Below, piece by piece: positions 16,758-27,800 of a stretch of DNA of 44,568 bases. Origin of the DNA: a virus (Duplodnaviria; Caudoviricetes); IMG/VR virus record IMGVR_UViG_3300047121_000734, positions 1 to 44,568 of that record; one strand, 5' to 3'. Below the pieces are notes generated by a model, which was given only the letters and a program-made list of their open reading frames with translations, ran no database searches and was not told where the DNA came from. A program made the translations under genes and the position numbers. The stretch's first letter is position 1. Each line of letters starts with the position of its first letter.

Positions 16758-17435
16758 ATGTCTGACACTTTAATCGCCAACCCACAGGCTTCACCAACGG
16801 GCGGGCAAAACAGTGCTGATCCTACGAGCGCAACGCAGCCCCAGCAGGCCCCGCCGAGTGGCGACGGTCAGACGCCGGGGCAGCAACCGAACGCAGGCGC
16901 AGCGGCCACGCAACAGGATGCTGGGGGCAACCCCAGCCAAAGCGCACAGGGACAACCCGCGCAGCAAGAGATTGAGCTCAAGCTGCCCGAAGGTTCATCC
17001 CTGGATGCCACATACCTCGAGAAGACCAAGGCAATGGCCAAGGACCTTGGGCTTACTCAGGAGGCGGCGCAGAAACTGGTCGAACGCGACAACGCCATGA
17101 TGGCGGGGTTCGTCGAACAGCATCAGGTGAAATGGAACGAGCAGGTCGTGCAGTGGGAGGGCGCCGTCAAATCCGACAAGGAGATTGGCGGAGCAAACTT
17201 CCAGTCGAGCGTACACGACGCCAGAACGGCGTTGGATAAGTTCGGCACGCCCGAGTTCAAGAACATGCTGAACCAATCCGGGTATGGAAATCATCCTGAG
17301 CTCATCAGGCTGCTCTCCAGGGTTGGGAAAGCGATGCGCGAGGACAAGATGGTGACCACATCATCGCAGCCTTCGCGCACCTACAAATCATTCGCCGATG
17401 CTTTCTACCCGAGCATGGCTAACAAATCAGAGTAA
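16758..17435 (+). CDS. Capsid scaffolding protein
   Basis: Low-complexity N-terminus; AKDLGLTQEAAQKLV, G.GNHPELIR; precedes major capsid gene. Confidence 0.85.
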   Translation: MSDTLIANPQASPTGGQNSADPTSATQPQQAPPSGDGQTPGQQPNAGAAATQQDAGGNPSQSAQGQPAQQEIELKLPEGSSLDATYLEKTKAMAKDLGLTQEAAQKLVERDNAMMAGFVEQHQVKWNEQVVQWEGAVKSDKEIGGANFQSSVHDARTALDKFGTPEFKNMLNQSGYGNHPELIRLLSRVGKAMREDKMVTTSSQPSRTYKSFADAFYPSMANKSE

Positions 17436-17444
17436 CAACCTACT

Positions 17445-18440
17445 ATGGCAACACTTGCTTCTAACGTCGCAACGCTGGCCGATCACGCCAAGCGCTTGGA
17501 CCCCGATGGGAAAGTACCGATGATCGTGGAGCTGCTCCAGCAGCGCAACGCGATCTTGAACGACATGATGTGGATGGAGGGCAACCTCCCCACTGGACAC
17601 CGCACCACGGTTCGCACCGGTCTTCCGACCGTGACCGCCCGGCGCTTGAACGAAGGCGTTGTGCCCTCGAAGTCGACTACCGCTCAGATCGATGAGCAGT
17701 GCGCGATGTTCGAAGCCATCTCCGAAGTCGACGCCGACCTGGTGAAGCTCAACGGCAACGATGCAGGCTTCCGCCTGTCTGAAGCCGCTGCCTTCATCGA
17801 GGCGATGAACCAGACGATGGCGCAGACCCTCTTCTACGGCAACGCAGCCCTGACGCCCGAGTACTTCACCGGGTTGGCGCCGCGTTACGCTGCCGCCTCT
17901 GGGGCCAATGCCCAGAACATCCTGAGCGCCGGCGGCGCAGGCTCCGACAACACCTCGGTGTGGCTGGTGGCCTGGGGCCAGAACACGGTGGCCGGGATCT
18001 ACCCCAAGGGCTCGAAAGCTGGCTTGATCCACGAGGATCTGGGCGAGCAGATGATCCAGACCGGGGTGGGCATCGGAACGGGCCGCATGAAGGCCTTCAT
18101 CGACCGCTGGCAGTGGAAGTGCGGGCTCGCCGTGCGCGACTGGCGCTACGCGGTGCGCATCGCCAACATCGATGTGTCCAACCTCGTGTCGGAGTCGGGA
18201 TCGGCTGACCTCATCAAGCTGATGATCAAAGCCATCCACCGCCTGCCGGATCTGTCCTCTGGGCGCCCGGTGTTCTACTGCAACCGCACCGTGCGCGAGA
18301 TGCTCGACATCCAAGCGCTCAACAAAGCGGCCTACCAGCTGAACATCGACAACGTCGACGGCAAGCCGGTGACGAAGTTCCGCGGCATCCGGATCGAGAC
18401 CTGCGACCAGATCCTCGAGACCGAATCCGTCGTCAGCTAA
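17445..18440 (+). CDS. Major capsid protein (BPP-1 Bbp17-like)
   Basis: EGNLPTGHRTTVRTGLP, GL.VRDWRY.VRIANID, FRGI.I..CD.I..TE. Confidence 0.93.
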   Translation: MATLASNVATLADHAKRLDPDGKVPMIVELLQQRNAILNDMMWMEGNLPTGHRTTVRTGLPTVTARRLNEGVVPSKSTTAQIDEQCAMFEAISEVDADLVKLNGNDAGFRLSEAAAFIEAMNQTMAQTLFYGNAALTPEYFTGLAPRYAAASGANAQNILSAGGAGSDNTSVWLVAWGQNTVAGIYPKGSKAGLIHEDLGEQMIQTGVGIGTGRMKAFIDRWQWKCGLAVRDWRYAVRIANIDVSNLVSESGSADLIKLMIKAIHRLPDLSSGRPVFYCNRTVREMLDIQALNKAAYQLNIDNVDGKPVTKFRGIRIETCDQILETESVVS

Positions 18441-18445
18441 TCCAT

Positions 18446-18470
18446 GCCCCCGGGGTAACACCCGGGGGGC
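18446..18470 (+). terminator. GC-rich hairpin after the capsid gene
   Basis: GCCCCCGGG-GTAACA-CCCGGGGGGC; no U-tract. Confidence 0.5.
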
Positions 18471-18497
18471 CAACCCCAATCATCACAGAGAATCATT

Positions 18498-18953
18498 ATG
18501 GCTATCTTCGACAGACAAAATATGTTCAGCGACGCGCAAGCGGTCAGCGGAACCACGGCAACCGGTTCGACCGATTGCATCGATCTGGGCCCCTTCTACA
18601 GCGGAGTGGGCGGGAGCAACACGGTCAAGGACATGGGCGTGGGTGAAGACGTGTACCTGCAGGTGACTGCATCGGGCGTGTCGGGCACCAACCCCGCGGT
18701 CACCATCGCGCTCGAGACGGACTCCAGTGCCGCCTTCGGTTCGCCGGTGACGCTCGCCTCCTACGGGCCGATCGCGCTGCCTGCAGCTGGTGGACAGGTC
18801 CTCAACCTCTGCCTGCCCTTTGGCGACTACAAGCAGTTCTTCCGCTTGAAGTACACCCAGAGCGGAACGAGCCCGGTGGCCACCTACAAGGCGGCGCTGA
18901 CTCGCGGAGTGCAGGCGGTGAAGAACTACACCGACGCGGTCGTCATCAACTAA
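18498..18953 (+). CDS. Capsid cement/decoration protein (Bbp16-like)
   Basis: D..NMFSD.QAV....STD.IDLG...D.G.GE; follows MCP. Confidence 0.85.
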   Translation: MAIFDRQNMFSDAQAVSGTTATGSTDCIDLGPFYSGVGGSNTVKDMGVGEDVYLQVTASGVSGTNPAVTIALETDSSAAFGSPVTLASYGPIALPAAGGQVLNLCLPFGDYKQFFRLKYTQSGTSPVATYKAALTRGVQAVKNYTDAVVIN

Positions 18954-18962
18954 AGCTAAGGT

Positions 18963-19166
18963 ATGGCACACGTTCGCGTCAGGATCACCCGCCCCGGGTT
19001 CATCGGGAATCAGCTGCGCCGTCCAGGCGATGAGATCACGCTCGCCGATGAGCGCTATGTCAGCAAGACCTGGATGGAAGTCATCCCCCTGCCCAAACCG
19101 ACGCAGGAGCCCCCTGCGCCCGCTGCGGAGCCGGACTCGGACGCATCCAAGCCCAAGCGCAAGTAA
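18963..19166 (+). CDS. Small hypothetical virion-associated protein
   Basis: GFIGNQLRRPGD...WME followed by Pro/Lys tail. Confidence 0.7.
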   Translation: MAHVRVRITRPGFIGNQLRRPGDEITLADERYVSKTWMEVIPLPKPTQEPPAPAAEPDSDASKPKRK

Positions 19167-19169
19167 TCC

Positions 19170-19200
19170 AAGAGGGGGGCGGGGAAACCCGCCCCTCTTC
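19170..19200 (+). terminator. Hairpin with GAAA tetraloop
   Basis: AAGAGGGGGGCGGG-GAAA-CCCGCCCCTCTT. Confidence 0.65.
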
Positions 19201-19208
19201 CTACCGAC

Positions 19209-19886
19209 ATGGCCACCAGCGTCGTACAGATCTGCAACACCGCGCTCGCCCGCATCGGGGTGAGCAGTTTCATTGACTCGCTCAACGAGGCTTCCCAAGA
19301 GGCGCAGGTGTGCAAACTCCTGTACGACCAATGCCGCGACCGGGTACTGCGCGAGGTGCAGTGGCCTTTCGCGCGTGCCTTCGCAACGCTCGCCCTGATC
19401 AGCGACAACACCGGCAAAGCGTGGGCCTCGGAGTGGACCTACGCCTACCGCTACCCCAGTGACGCCACCGTGGTGCGGCGCATCCTCACCCCGCTTGGAC
19501 CGCGTCAGGCGATTGCGGAACCTTTTGAGATCGGGCAGGACGGGGCCGGTCGCATCGTGCTCACCAACATGAAGGACGCTGCGGTCGAGTACACCCGCAA
19601 GGTGGAAGATCCCACCCAGTTTGATCCTTCCTTCTCCTCGGTGCTGGCCTGGCTGCTGGCCGCGGAGATCTCCATGCCCCTGTCTGCGGTGGACGGGCTG
19701 CGCAAGCAGGCGCTGCAAATGTACCAGGCCGAACGCTCGATCGCCGAGCGCATCGTCTTCAATGAAGGCGAACCGCTGCGCGACATCGACACCGAGTTTC
19801 TCAACACCCGAGGCTACGCATCGAACAGCTTCGCCGGGGACGATGCGGTCAGCAAAATCTTCCCCAGCGGCTTTACTGTCTCCTAA
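19209..19886 (+). CDS. Tail tubular protein A / adaptor (T7 gp11-like)
   Basis: ICN.AL.RIG...I.SL.E, W.FA, Y.Y.YP.D. Confidence 0.88.
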   Translation: MATSVVQICNTALARIGVSSFIDSLNEASQEAQVCKLLYDQCRDRVLREVQWPFARAFATLALISDNTGKAWASEWTYAYRYPSDATVVRRILTPLGPRQAIAEPFEIGQDGAGRIVLTNMKDAAVEYTRKVEDPTQFDPSFSSVLAWLLAAEISMPLSAVDGLRKQALQMYQAERSIAERIVFNEGEPLRDIDTEFLNTRGYASNSFAGDDAVSKIFPSGFTVS

Positions 19887-22621
19887 TGCCTTCCTCGGTC
19901 CAACGCTCATTTGCCGGGGGCGAGATCGCGCCCTCCTTGTACGCCCGCTCCGACCAGGTCAAGTACCAGACGGGGCTGCGCAAGTGCGAGAACTTCCTGG
20001 TCATGCGCCACGGCGGGGTGAGCAACCGCCCGGGCACCAAGTTCATCGCGCAGGTGAAAGACTCTGAGCGCAAGGTGCGTCTCATCAAGTTCGTCTTCAA
20101 CGCCGATCAAACCTACGTGCTCGAGTTCGGCCAAGGCTACATCCGTTTCATCCGCGACGGGGTGCAGCTGACAAACCCTGATGGCTCCCCCTACGAGGTG
20201 GCCACGAGCTACCAAGAAGAGCATCTGCGCGACATCCAGTACGTGCAGTCGGGCGATGTGGTGACGCTGGTGCACCCGAACTATCCGCCCGCAAACCTTT
20301 CGCGCAGCGGCCACACCAGTTGGACTCTTTCCAAGATCGCCTACGCGCCGAGCATCAGCGCCCCGCCCAACGTGGCCATCAGCGGCACGGCAGGCACCAC
20401 CAGCAGCTACGTAGTGACAGCGGTCAAGGAGTTGACCTACGAAGAGTCGCTGCCCAGCAGCGCCGTGGGCAACACCAACACGGCAACCTCTGCGGCCAAG
20501 AACACGATCACCGTGGGCGCGGTCAAGGGCATCTACGAGTTCAACGTCTACAAGCGCAACAACGGGGTGTACGGGTATATCGGCACCACGGTGCCCACCG
20601 AAGACAAGATGGTGCGAAGCTACGACCGCCAGGCGTCCTCGGCGGTGATCTCCATGCCGACGGGCCACGGCTATGTGGTGGGCAACACGGTGGCGCTCAC
20701 CGAGGTGTCGAACAGCTTGGATGCAGGACTTTCAAGCGCGCGCACAGTCTCGGCAGTGAGCGCCAATTCCATCACCGTGCCCTACACTCATTCGTTGGGC
20801 ACCGGCACCAATGTTGGCACCATCAAGGTGGGGTGCCGCTTCACGCGCTCGTCGAGCACGATCACCATTGCCATCCCAGCCGGGCACGAGTTCAACGCCG
20901 GTGAACCCATCATCCTGAGCGAGGCCACAGACAGCAATTTGAACGGGACGTTTTCAGTGAGCGCTTCGGCGGCGGGTACTGTCTCGGTTGTCAGCAGCGC
21001 AGTGACCGCCACTGTGGGCAGTGTCATCGTGGCAATGAACAGCACCTTCGTTGATGATGGCATTTCGCCAGATGCTGCCGACACGCCCCCGCAGGCGCGC
21101 GACCCGTTCCCAACGCCTGGCAACTACCCGGGCACGGTGTCCTACTTTCAGCAACGATCCGTATTTGCATCCACCACCAATGCGCCAGAGAAGGTCTGGC
21201 TCTCGCGCATTGGCAACTTCAAAAACTTCACCATCCGCTCGCCCCTGCAGGACGACGACGCGATCACCTTCACCATCGCCGGGCGCCAGGTCAACGAGGT
21301 GCGCCACTTAGTCGAGATCGGTCAGATGCTGATCCTCACCTCTGGCGGGGAATGGCGCGTGATGGGAGACGCTGACGGGGTCATCAAGCCCTCGGCCATC
21401 AATCTCAAACAGGAGGGCTACAGCGGCTCGTCCAAGATTCCGCCGATCGTGATCGGCAACAACGCGCTGTACATCCAGGCGCGCGGGAACATCACGCGCG
21501 ATTTGCGCTACGACCTGCAGACCGACGGCTACAACGGGCGCGACCTCACGGTGTTTGCCGCCCACATGTTCGACGGCTATCAGCTGACGACCTGGGACTA
21601 CGCGCAGATCCCGCACTCCATTGTGTGGGTGGTGCGCGACGATGGCACGCTGCTGGGCTTGACCTACGTGCGCGAGCACGACGTGTGGGGCTGGCACCGG
21701 CACGTCACCCAAGGGGTTTTTGAGGACGTGGTCTGTGTGCCCGAGGGCAGCGAGGATGCGGTCTACGTGGTGGTGCGCCGCTACATCAACGGGCAGTGGC
21801 TGCGCTACATCGAGCGCTTTGCCCCACGCCACACATCCCACACGATCGACATCAAGCGCGATTCGTTCTTTGTCGACTGCGGGGCGAGTTACGACGGGAT
21901 CAACCTCACCGGCAAGACGCTCACAGTCACGGCCATCACCGGTCTCACCGTGCGCGATACGCAAACGCTCACCGCCTCGGCCAGCCAGTTCAACCCCTAC
22001 GACGTGGGCAACCAGTACGAGCTCTCGGTCAACGGGGTCCTGATCCGATTCAAGGTGCTCGAGTACATAGACCACAAGGAAGTGCGCGTGCAAGCGGCCA
22101 AGGATGTTCCGGCAGGCTTTGCCGGGGTGGCCACCGCCAGTTGGACGAAGATGATCGACAACCTCTTTGGGCTCGATCACCTGGAGGGCATGCAGGTCAC
22201 GATTCTGGCAGATGGCAACGTGCACCCCACGCGCACGGTCATCGAAGGGGCCATCACGCTCGATCGCGCCTACGGGGTGGTGCACGTGGGGCTGGGCTAC
22301 ACATCCAAGCTGCAAACGCTCACCGTGGACAACCCGGGCGGGGAGACGCTCACCGACAAGAGCAAGATCATCAACAAGGTCGCGATGCTGGTGGAGTCCT
22401 CGCGCGGGGTGTTTGCCGGGCCTGATGAAGAGCACCTGCGCGAGTACAAGCAGCGCCGGGAAGAAAACTACGACGAGCCCAACCGCCCGCACACCGGGCT
22501 GGTGGAGATCCACACCGTGGCGCAGTGGGACAAGCAGGGGCTGGTCACCGTGGTGCAGAAAGATCCGTTGCCCCTGAGCATACTTTCTGTTGTGCCGCAG
22601 GTCAGTGTGTCACCAAGATAG
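19886..22621 (+). CDS. Tail tubular protein B / nozzle (T7 gp12-like)
   Basis: SFAGGEIAPSLYARSD, RPGT.F, QSGDV, YP..V.YFQQR, GL.HLEG. Confidence 0.92.
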   Translation: MPSSVQRSFAGGEIAPSLYARSDQVKYQTGLRKCENFLVMRHGGVSNRPGTKFIAQVKDSERKVRLIKFVFNADQTYVLEFGQGYIRFIRDGVQLTNPDGSPYEVATSYQEEHLRDIQYVQSGDVVTLVHPNYPPANLSRSGHTSWTLSKIAYAPSISAPPNVAISGTAGTTSSYVVTAVKELTYEESLPSSAVGNTNTATSAAKNTITVGAVKGIYEFNVYKRNNGVYGYIGTTVPTEDKMVRSYDRQASSAVISMPTGHGYVVGNTVALTEVSNSLDAGLSSARTVSAVSANSITVPYTHSLGTGTNVGTIKVGCRFTRSSSTITIAIPAGHEFNAGEPIILSEATDSNLNGTFSVSASAAGTVSVVSSAVTATVGSVIVAMNSTFVDDGISPDAADTPPQARDPFPTPGNYPGTVSYFQQRSVFASTTNAPEKVWLSRIGNFKNFTIRSPLQDDDAITFTIAGRQVNEVRHLVEIGQMLILTSGGEWRVMGDADGVIKPSAINLKQEGYSGSSKIPPIVIGNNALYIQARGNITRDLRYDLQTDGYNGRDLTVFAAHMFDGYQLTTWDYAQIPHSIVWVVRDDGTLLGLTYVREHDVWGWHRHVTQGVFEDVVCVPEGSEDAVYVVVRRYINGQWLRYIERFAPRHTSHTIDIKRDSFFVDCGASYDGINLTGKTLTVTAITGLTVRDTQTLTASASQFNPYDVGNQYELSVNGVLIRFKVLEYIDHKEVRVQAAKDVPAGFAGVATASWTKMIDNLFGLDHLEGMQVTILADGNVHPTRTVIEGAITLDRAYGVVHVGLGYTSKLQTLTVDNPGGETLTDKSKIINKVAMLVESSRGVFAGPDEEHLREYKQRREENYDEPNRPHTGLVEIHTVAQWDKQGLVTVVQKDPLPLSILSVVPQVSVSPR

Positions 22622-22630
22622 GAGGCAACT

Positions 22631-23098
22631 ATGGCAGCACTAGGAGCAGCAGTAGGACTTCAAGCAGCAGGCGCAACCTTTAGCGCCGTGTCTTCCTACT
22701 ATCAGGGCAAGTGGGCCAAGCAGCTTGCCGAGTACAACGCCAAGGTGGCAACACTGCAGGGCAAGTACGCGATCGAGCGCGGCCAGCAGACTGAGGCGCG
22801 CGCGCGCATTGCCACCGGTCAGATGCAAGGCGCCCAGCGCGCGGCCTACGCCGGGCAGAACGTGCTGGTCGATGACGGCACGGCCCTCGAAGCGCAGACC
22901 GACGCAGCCAAGTGGGGCGAGATCGATGCGCTGACCATCCGCAACAATGCCGCGCTGGAAGCCTGGGGATTCAAGCAATCCGCAATAAACAGCCGCATCC
23001 AAGGCCAGATGGCTTACGCGCAAGGTGTTGCTGGTTCGATCGGTTCCATTTTAGGTGGTGCGGGCCAAGTCGCTGGCACGATGAGCGCCGCCAAGTAA
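22631..23098 (+). CDS. Internal virion (ejection) protein, T7 gp14-like
   Basis: Ala/Gly-rich; G.QRAA.A...V; DALTIR.NA; position after nozzle. Confidence 0.8.
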   Translation: MAALGAAVGLQAAGATFSAVSSYYQGKWAKQLAEYNAKVATLQGKYAIERGQQTEARARIATGQMQGAQRAAYAGQNVLVDDGTALEAQTDAAKWGEIDALTIRNNAALEAWGFKQSAINSRIQGQMAYAQGVAGSIGSILGGAGQVAGTMSAAK

Positions 23099-23110
23099 TG
23101 AGGACTTCTT

Positions 23111-24883
23111 ATGCCACAAGCTCCGCTTTCTAACGGGCCACAGGTCGCGCCAGGTTCTTGGCAAGGCGGCATGCTCTCGACCAACGTGGCAGACATGTCG
23201 GCCATCGGGCGCGGCCTCTCGTCGCTGGGCAACGCAGCGATGGACATCTACCGGCAAGAGCGCGACAAAGCCGAGGACCAGCAGCTGACCCAAGCGCTGT
23301 CCAAGGCACGCGAACTGCAGACCACCGAACTCTACGATCCCAACGATGGGATCATGCTCAAGCAAGGCGGGGACTTGTACTCCATTGCCGGTGAGCGGTT
23401 GAATGGCTTTCGCACCAAGCTCAACGACATCCGCTCGACCCTGAGCAGTTCGCGAGTGAAGTCGCAGTTTGACCGGGCCTCCGACACGCTGTGGCAGGAG
23501 TACAACCGGCAGGTGCAGGTGCGCATCGGTGGTGAGCGGGAGAAGACCGCTAACACCACGATGACCAACTACATCGACTCGGAGTCCAAGGGATTGGGCA
23601 CGAGCCTATCGAACGACACCGAGGCTGCGATCCCGCGCAGTTCGGACGGCTCGTATGACTTCCTGGCGGTCGACGATGTGCTCTATCGCATGGATCTGGC
23701 CATCAGCGATCGGGTCGAAAACGATCCCGGCGGCTTTCCGGAAGGACGCAACGCTGCGACCAAGACACTTTCGGACAAGGCTGCAGGCAAGGTGCTGGGC
23801 GCCTACCTAGACATCATGCTGGCCAAGGGGCAGACCGAGATGGCCAAGCAGTTCCTGGGACGCTACGGGGACCGGCTTCCGCTCGATGTGAAGGCCACGG
23901 CCATTAAGGCAGTGGAGAACGGCACCATCATCGACCAGGCGCAGCAGCATACCGATGAGATTTTCCAAAGCCTTCCTGAAGGCAGCACGCTCACACAGCA
24001 AAAAGAGAAGGCCAATGAGGCAGTGGCGCAGCGGTTCAAGTCCGACGCACGCATGCGCGATGAGGTGCAGCGCCGCGTCAATCAAGAGTTTGCACGCCGC
24101 GAGGACGTGGACTCTGGCGAGATTCGCGACACGTTCAAGGAGTACTACGAGCGCTTAAACAAGGGCGAGACAATCGACAAGCTTTCCAAAGAGCGGTTGT
24201 TTCACATCTTAGACCCGCAGCATCAAGAGCTTCTCAAGAAGAAGGCCGAGGAACTGACCACCGGGAAAGACAAGGGGAAGGATCTTGGCAAACTCTATCG
24301 CTACGAGATCATGGCCAAGAGCAATGATCCGGTCACGCGCGAGATGTTCCGCACGCTGGACCTGACCAAGCAAGACCTTACGCCCAAAGAGTTTGAGTAC
24401 GTGAGCAAACTGCAGATGGATCTGCAGGAAGCAAACCTGAGCCAGGCAAAAGACGCCGAGCAAAAAGGCCTTCGCACCGTGCACCAGATCGCGGAAGACA
24501 CCGCCAAGACATTTCTCAAAAAGCCCGAGGAGCGCTACCTGTTTCAGACGCAACTTGAGGAGCAGGTGCAGCTGCTGCAAGATCGCACCAAACGCACAGT
24601 CACGCCTAGGGAGGTGCAGGAGATTGCCAACGACCTGCTGCTCAAAAAGGCTGAGGGAATACTCTCACGCGACAAGTACGTCTTCCAGCTTACGCCTGAA
24701 GAGTTAAACGCTCCCGATGCAAAAATAGCGTGGGACAAAATCCCCGAAACCGACAAGAATCGTATCCGCACGCAATGGCAGAAGGAGAAGGGACGCACGC
24801 CAGAGAAAGATGAGATTCAGCGTCAGTACTTCAACGAGATGCTCAAGCGTCGCCAAACCCGCGGCATCAAGTTCCAAAAGTAA
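23111..24883 (+). CDS. Internal virion (ejection) protein, gp15 position
   Basis: 590-aa helical protein between gp14-like gene and the giant gene. Confidence 0.65.
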   Translation: MPQAPLSNGPQVAPGSWQGGMLSTNVADMSAIGRGLSSLGNAAMDIYRQERDKAEDQQLTQALSKARELQTTELYDPNDGIMLKQGGDLYSIAGERLNGFRTKLNDIRSTLSSSRVKSQFDRASDTLWQEYNRQVQVRIGGEREKTANTTMTNYIDSESKGLGTSLSNDTEAAIPRSSDGSYDFLAVDDVLYRMDLAISDRVENDPGGFPEGRNAATKTLSDKAAGKVLGAYLDIMLAKGQTEMAKQFLGRYGDRLPLDVKATAIKAVENGTIIDQAQQHTDEIFQSLPEGSTLTQQKEKANEAVAQRFKSDARMRDEVQRRVNQEFARREDVDSGEIRDTFKEYYERLNKGETIDKLSKERLFHILDPQHQELLKKKAEELTTGKDKGKDLGKLYRYEIMAKSNDPVTREMFRTLDLTKQDLTPKEFEYVSKLQMDLQEANLSQAKDAEQKGLRTVHQIAEDTAKTFLKKPEERYLFQTQLEEQVQLLQDRTKRTVTPREVQEIANDLLLKKAEGILSRDKYVFQLTPEELNAPDAKIAWDKIPETDKNRIRTQWQKEKGRTPEKDEIQRQYFNEMLKRRQTRGIKFQK

Positions 24884-27800
24884 TGGCTGACCTCTTTGAC
24901 ACCGTACCAGATGAGCTTCGCGCTTCGATGCTCAAGGCAACGAGCACGGACCCCGAAGCGCACGCGCGCGTTCTAAATCTCGCCACCAAGCTCAACCTGC
25001 CGCCCGATGTGGTGGCCATCAATCCAGCCTGGGCACAGCACCAGGTCGACACGCAGCTGGATGCGGAGAAGCTTACCAAGGACTACCCGGGCACGGCCAA
25101 GTTTCTGGCCGATCCCAACCGCGCCGCGGTCTCGCACGACGAGCTCATCCAGCACATGGCCATGGAGGACACGCTGCGCAACGCGCAGCTGCTCGAGCCC
25201 GGGCTGTTCGGCAAGGACGTGCGTGACACGCTGATCTCTCAACTGCGTGAGCGCGGTCACAAAATCGAATTGGTCGACACTCCCGCTTACTCTGGAGACT
25301 TTGCTTACTCGGTAAGCGGCCTGCCTGCACCTTCACAGCAAGCGGCCACGCCAGAGGCCCAAGATCAAAAGGCGGCGGAGCTCTACCAGTTGCCACAAGG
25401 TTTCTTCGAGCGTCTTATCACCGGCGTGGAGAAGGCCGAGCCGGTGCCGTTCTTGGGCGCAGCCGTAGAAGGGCTGGACATCTACAACCTCACGCAGCTG
25501 GCCAACCGGGTGAAGGACGGCACGGCAGAGGATAAGGACTGGATCGAACTGCTCAGGTACGACGCCGAGATGCGCCGGGGCACCGACTTCGGCGGAAAGG
25601 TTGCTGCGGTGTTGGTGAACATTCCGGCCTTTGCGGGGGAAATTGCGGCCACGGGCGGGGTGTTCACCGCGGGCGCCGCGGGGGCGCGCAAGGCCGGGCT
25701 CTACGCAGCAAAGAAGATTCTCAACAAGAGCGCTGAAGAAGTTGCCAAGAGCGCGCTGCTACGCGGCGGAATACGCGCAGCGGGGTGGGTGGCTGGATCG
25801 GTTGCGCAGGCCACAGTGGGCATGCCGCATCGCGTGGCGGTGGACGCTATGCAGCGGCTGATGCCCAAGATGCAGTTTAGCGTCAGCGAGCAGGGCCAAA
25901 TTGAATCGGTTATCTCCGACTCTGAAGACGGCTTTGCCAGCGCGTTGACCAAGGCGATCGTCAACCAGAGCATCGAGGTAGGCACAGAGAGCGCCGGTGC
26001 GTTCATCGGTAAGGTCACCGGGCTCGAGGCCCTCAAAGCCGCGGTGATGACCAAGTGGTTCAAGCTCAATCCAACTTCTGGTTGGTCGCAGTTCAACGCG
26101 CTGCTGCGCAAGGCGAAGTGGGACGGAGTGCTGGAAGAGTTCGGGGAGGAGCGCTTAGGCGAACTGCTGCGCGCGGCCGCCGGCCTGGAAGCGCTCAAGC
26201 TGGACCCCGAACAGTACGCCGTGGAACTGGTGTCCTTCGCGGCGCTGCCTATGGCAGGGGCTGCGTTGACCGGCCCAGGCATGATCCGGCAATCGCGCCA
26301 GATGGCGCAGGCGGCACAGACTCAGGTCGAGTTCTTCCGTGACCTGGGCGAGCAGGCGCAGCAGTCCAAGACGCGCACGCGCGTGCCCGGGATGCTCGGA
26401 GTCTTAGGCGACCTGGCGGCACAGGATGGCCCGGTGCAGCAGGTCTTCGCCCCGATCGAAGCGTGGAACCAGCACTTCACCAGCAAAGGGATTGACCCGC
26501 GCCAGATGGCGCAGGAGACCTTGGGCAGCACCGAAGCCTACGACAAGGCACTCGAGGCTGGCCACGATCTGGAGATTCCGATCGGCGCCTACGTTGAGAA
26601 AATCGCACCAACCGAGCACAACGAACCCCTGTCGCAGGTCATGCGGCTGGGCTCGGTCGACGCGCCCAACGTCGCAGAGATGCAGGCAGGCATGCAGGCG
26701 ACCAGTGCCGCCGTGCAGGAGATGCTGCAGCTTAATCAGGACTACACCGCGCTCACCAACGAGCAGCAGAGTCTCGCCGCCGAGTTGACGCAGCTGCAGG
26801 CGCAGATGAGCACCGCGCAGGAAGCCGCCACGCAGCGCAGCGCCAGGCTGCAGGAGATCCAAGCCCAGCTGCAGGAGCAAGGACCCCAGGCTGCGCAAGA
26901 GCTCCTGGCTGGCAACGCTCCGGCTGCGGCAGAACTGCAGGGGCTGGTGCAGGAGTACCAGACGCTCACCGCGCAAGATCAGCAGGCGCAGCAGGCCACC
27001 GAGCGTGTCGCGCAGATCCAAGCGCGCCAGGCCGAGCTCTCGGACCAGATTGCGAAGATCGAGCAGCGCAACGCACAGGCGCGCGCCAGCGCCCCGGGAC
27101 AGGCGCCCGAGGTGGTCGACATGGCTGGGGAGGTCTACAACCAGCTGATGGCCACCGGCAACACCTCCGACCGCGTGGCACGCGCGCACGCGAACATGTT
27201 TGCCCGCATGGCCTACATCATGGCCAACCGCGCCGGGATGAACCTGCAGGCGTTCAAGGACCGCTTCACCGCGACCATCCTAGGGGACAAGGCCGCAGCA
27301 CCGGCAGGCACCACGCTCTCGCAGGAAGCGCAGCGGCGGGACGCCGAGTACATGACTGCAGTGGAAGCCGGAGACATGGAGACGGCGCAGCGGTTGGTGG
27401 ACGAAGCGGCAAAGGCTGCTGGGTACATGCAGGCGTGGCACAGTGGACCTGCCACCGCACAGATTGAGAATAGCGTCGTTCGCACGCCATTCATGTACTT
27501 CACTGATACGAAGGAGAACGCCGAACAGTACAACCGGGATCAGGTTGGCAGGTGGTTCATCAAGACGAACCCATTTGTCGTGGATGAGCATCAGGATCAG
27601 TTCATCGACTTCTTCAGTCCGCAGTCGGAAAGATTCATCTCCGATTCGGCAGACGCTGAGGACCAGTCTTACAAGGAGCAGGTCCAGCAGTTGATTGACG
27701 ATGCGGTGTCTGAAGCCAAAGCGGCTGGACACGATGGCATCGAGATGCCGTCAGAGTTTGATGGCAAGCCATGGAAGAACTTCATTGTCTTCAGCCCGAA

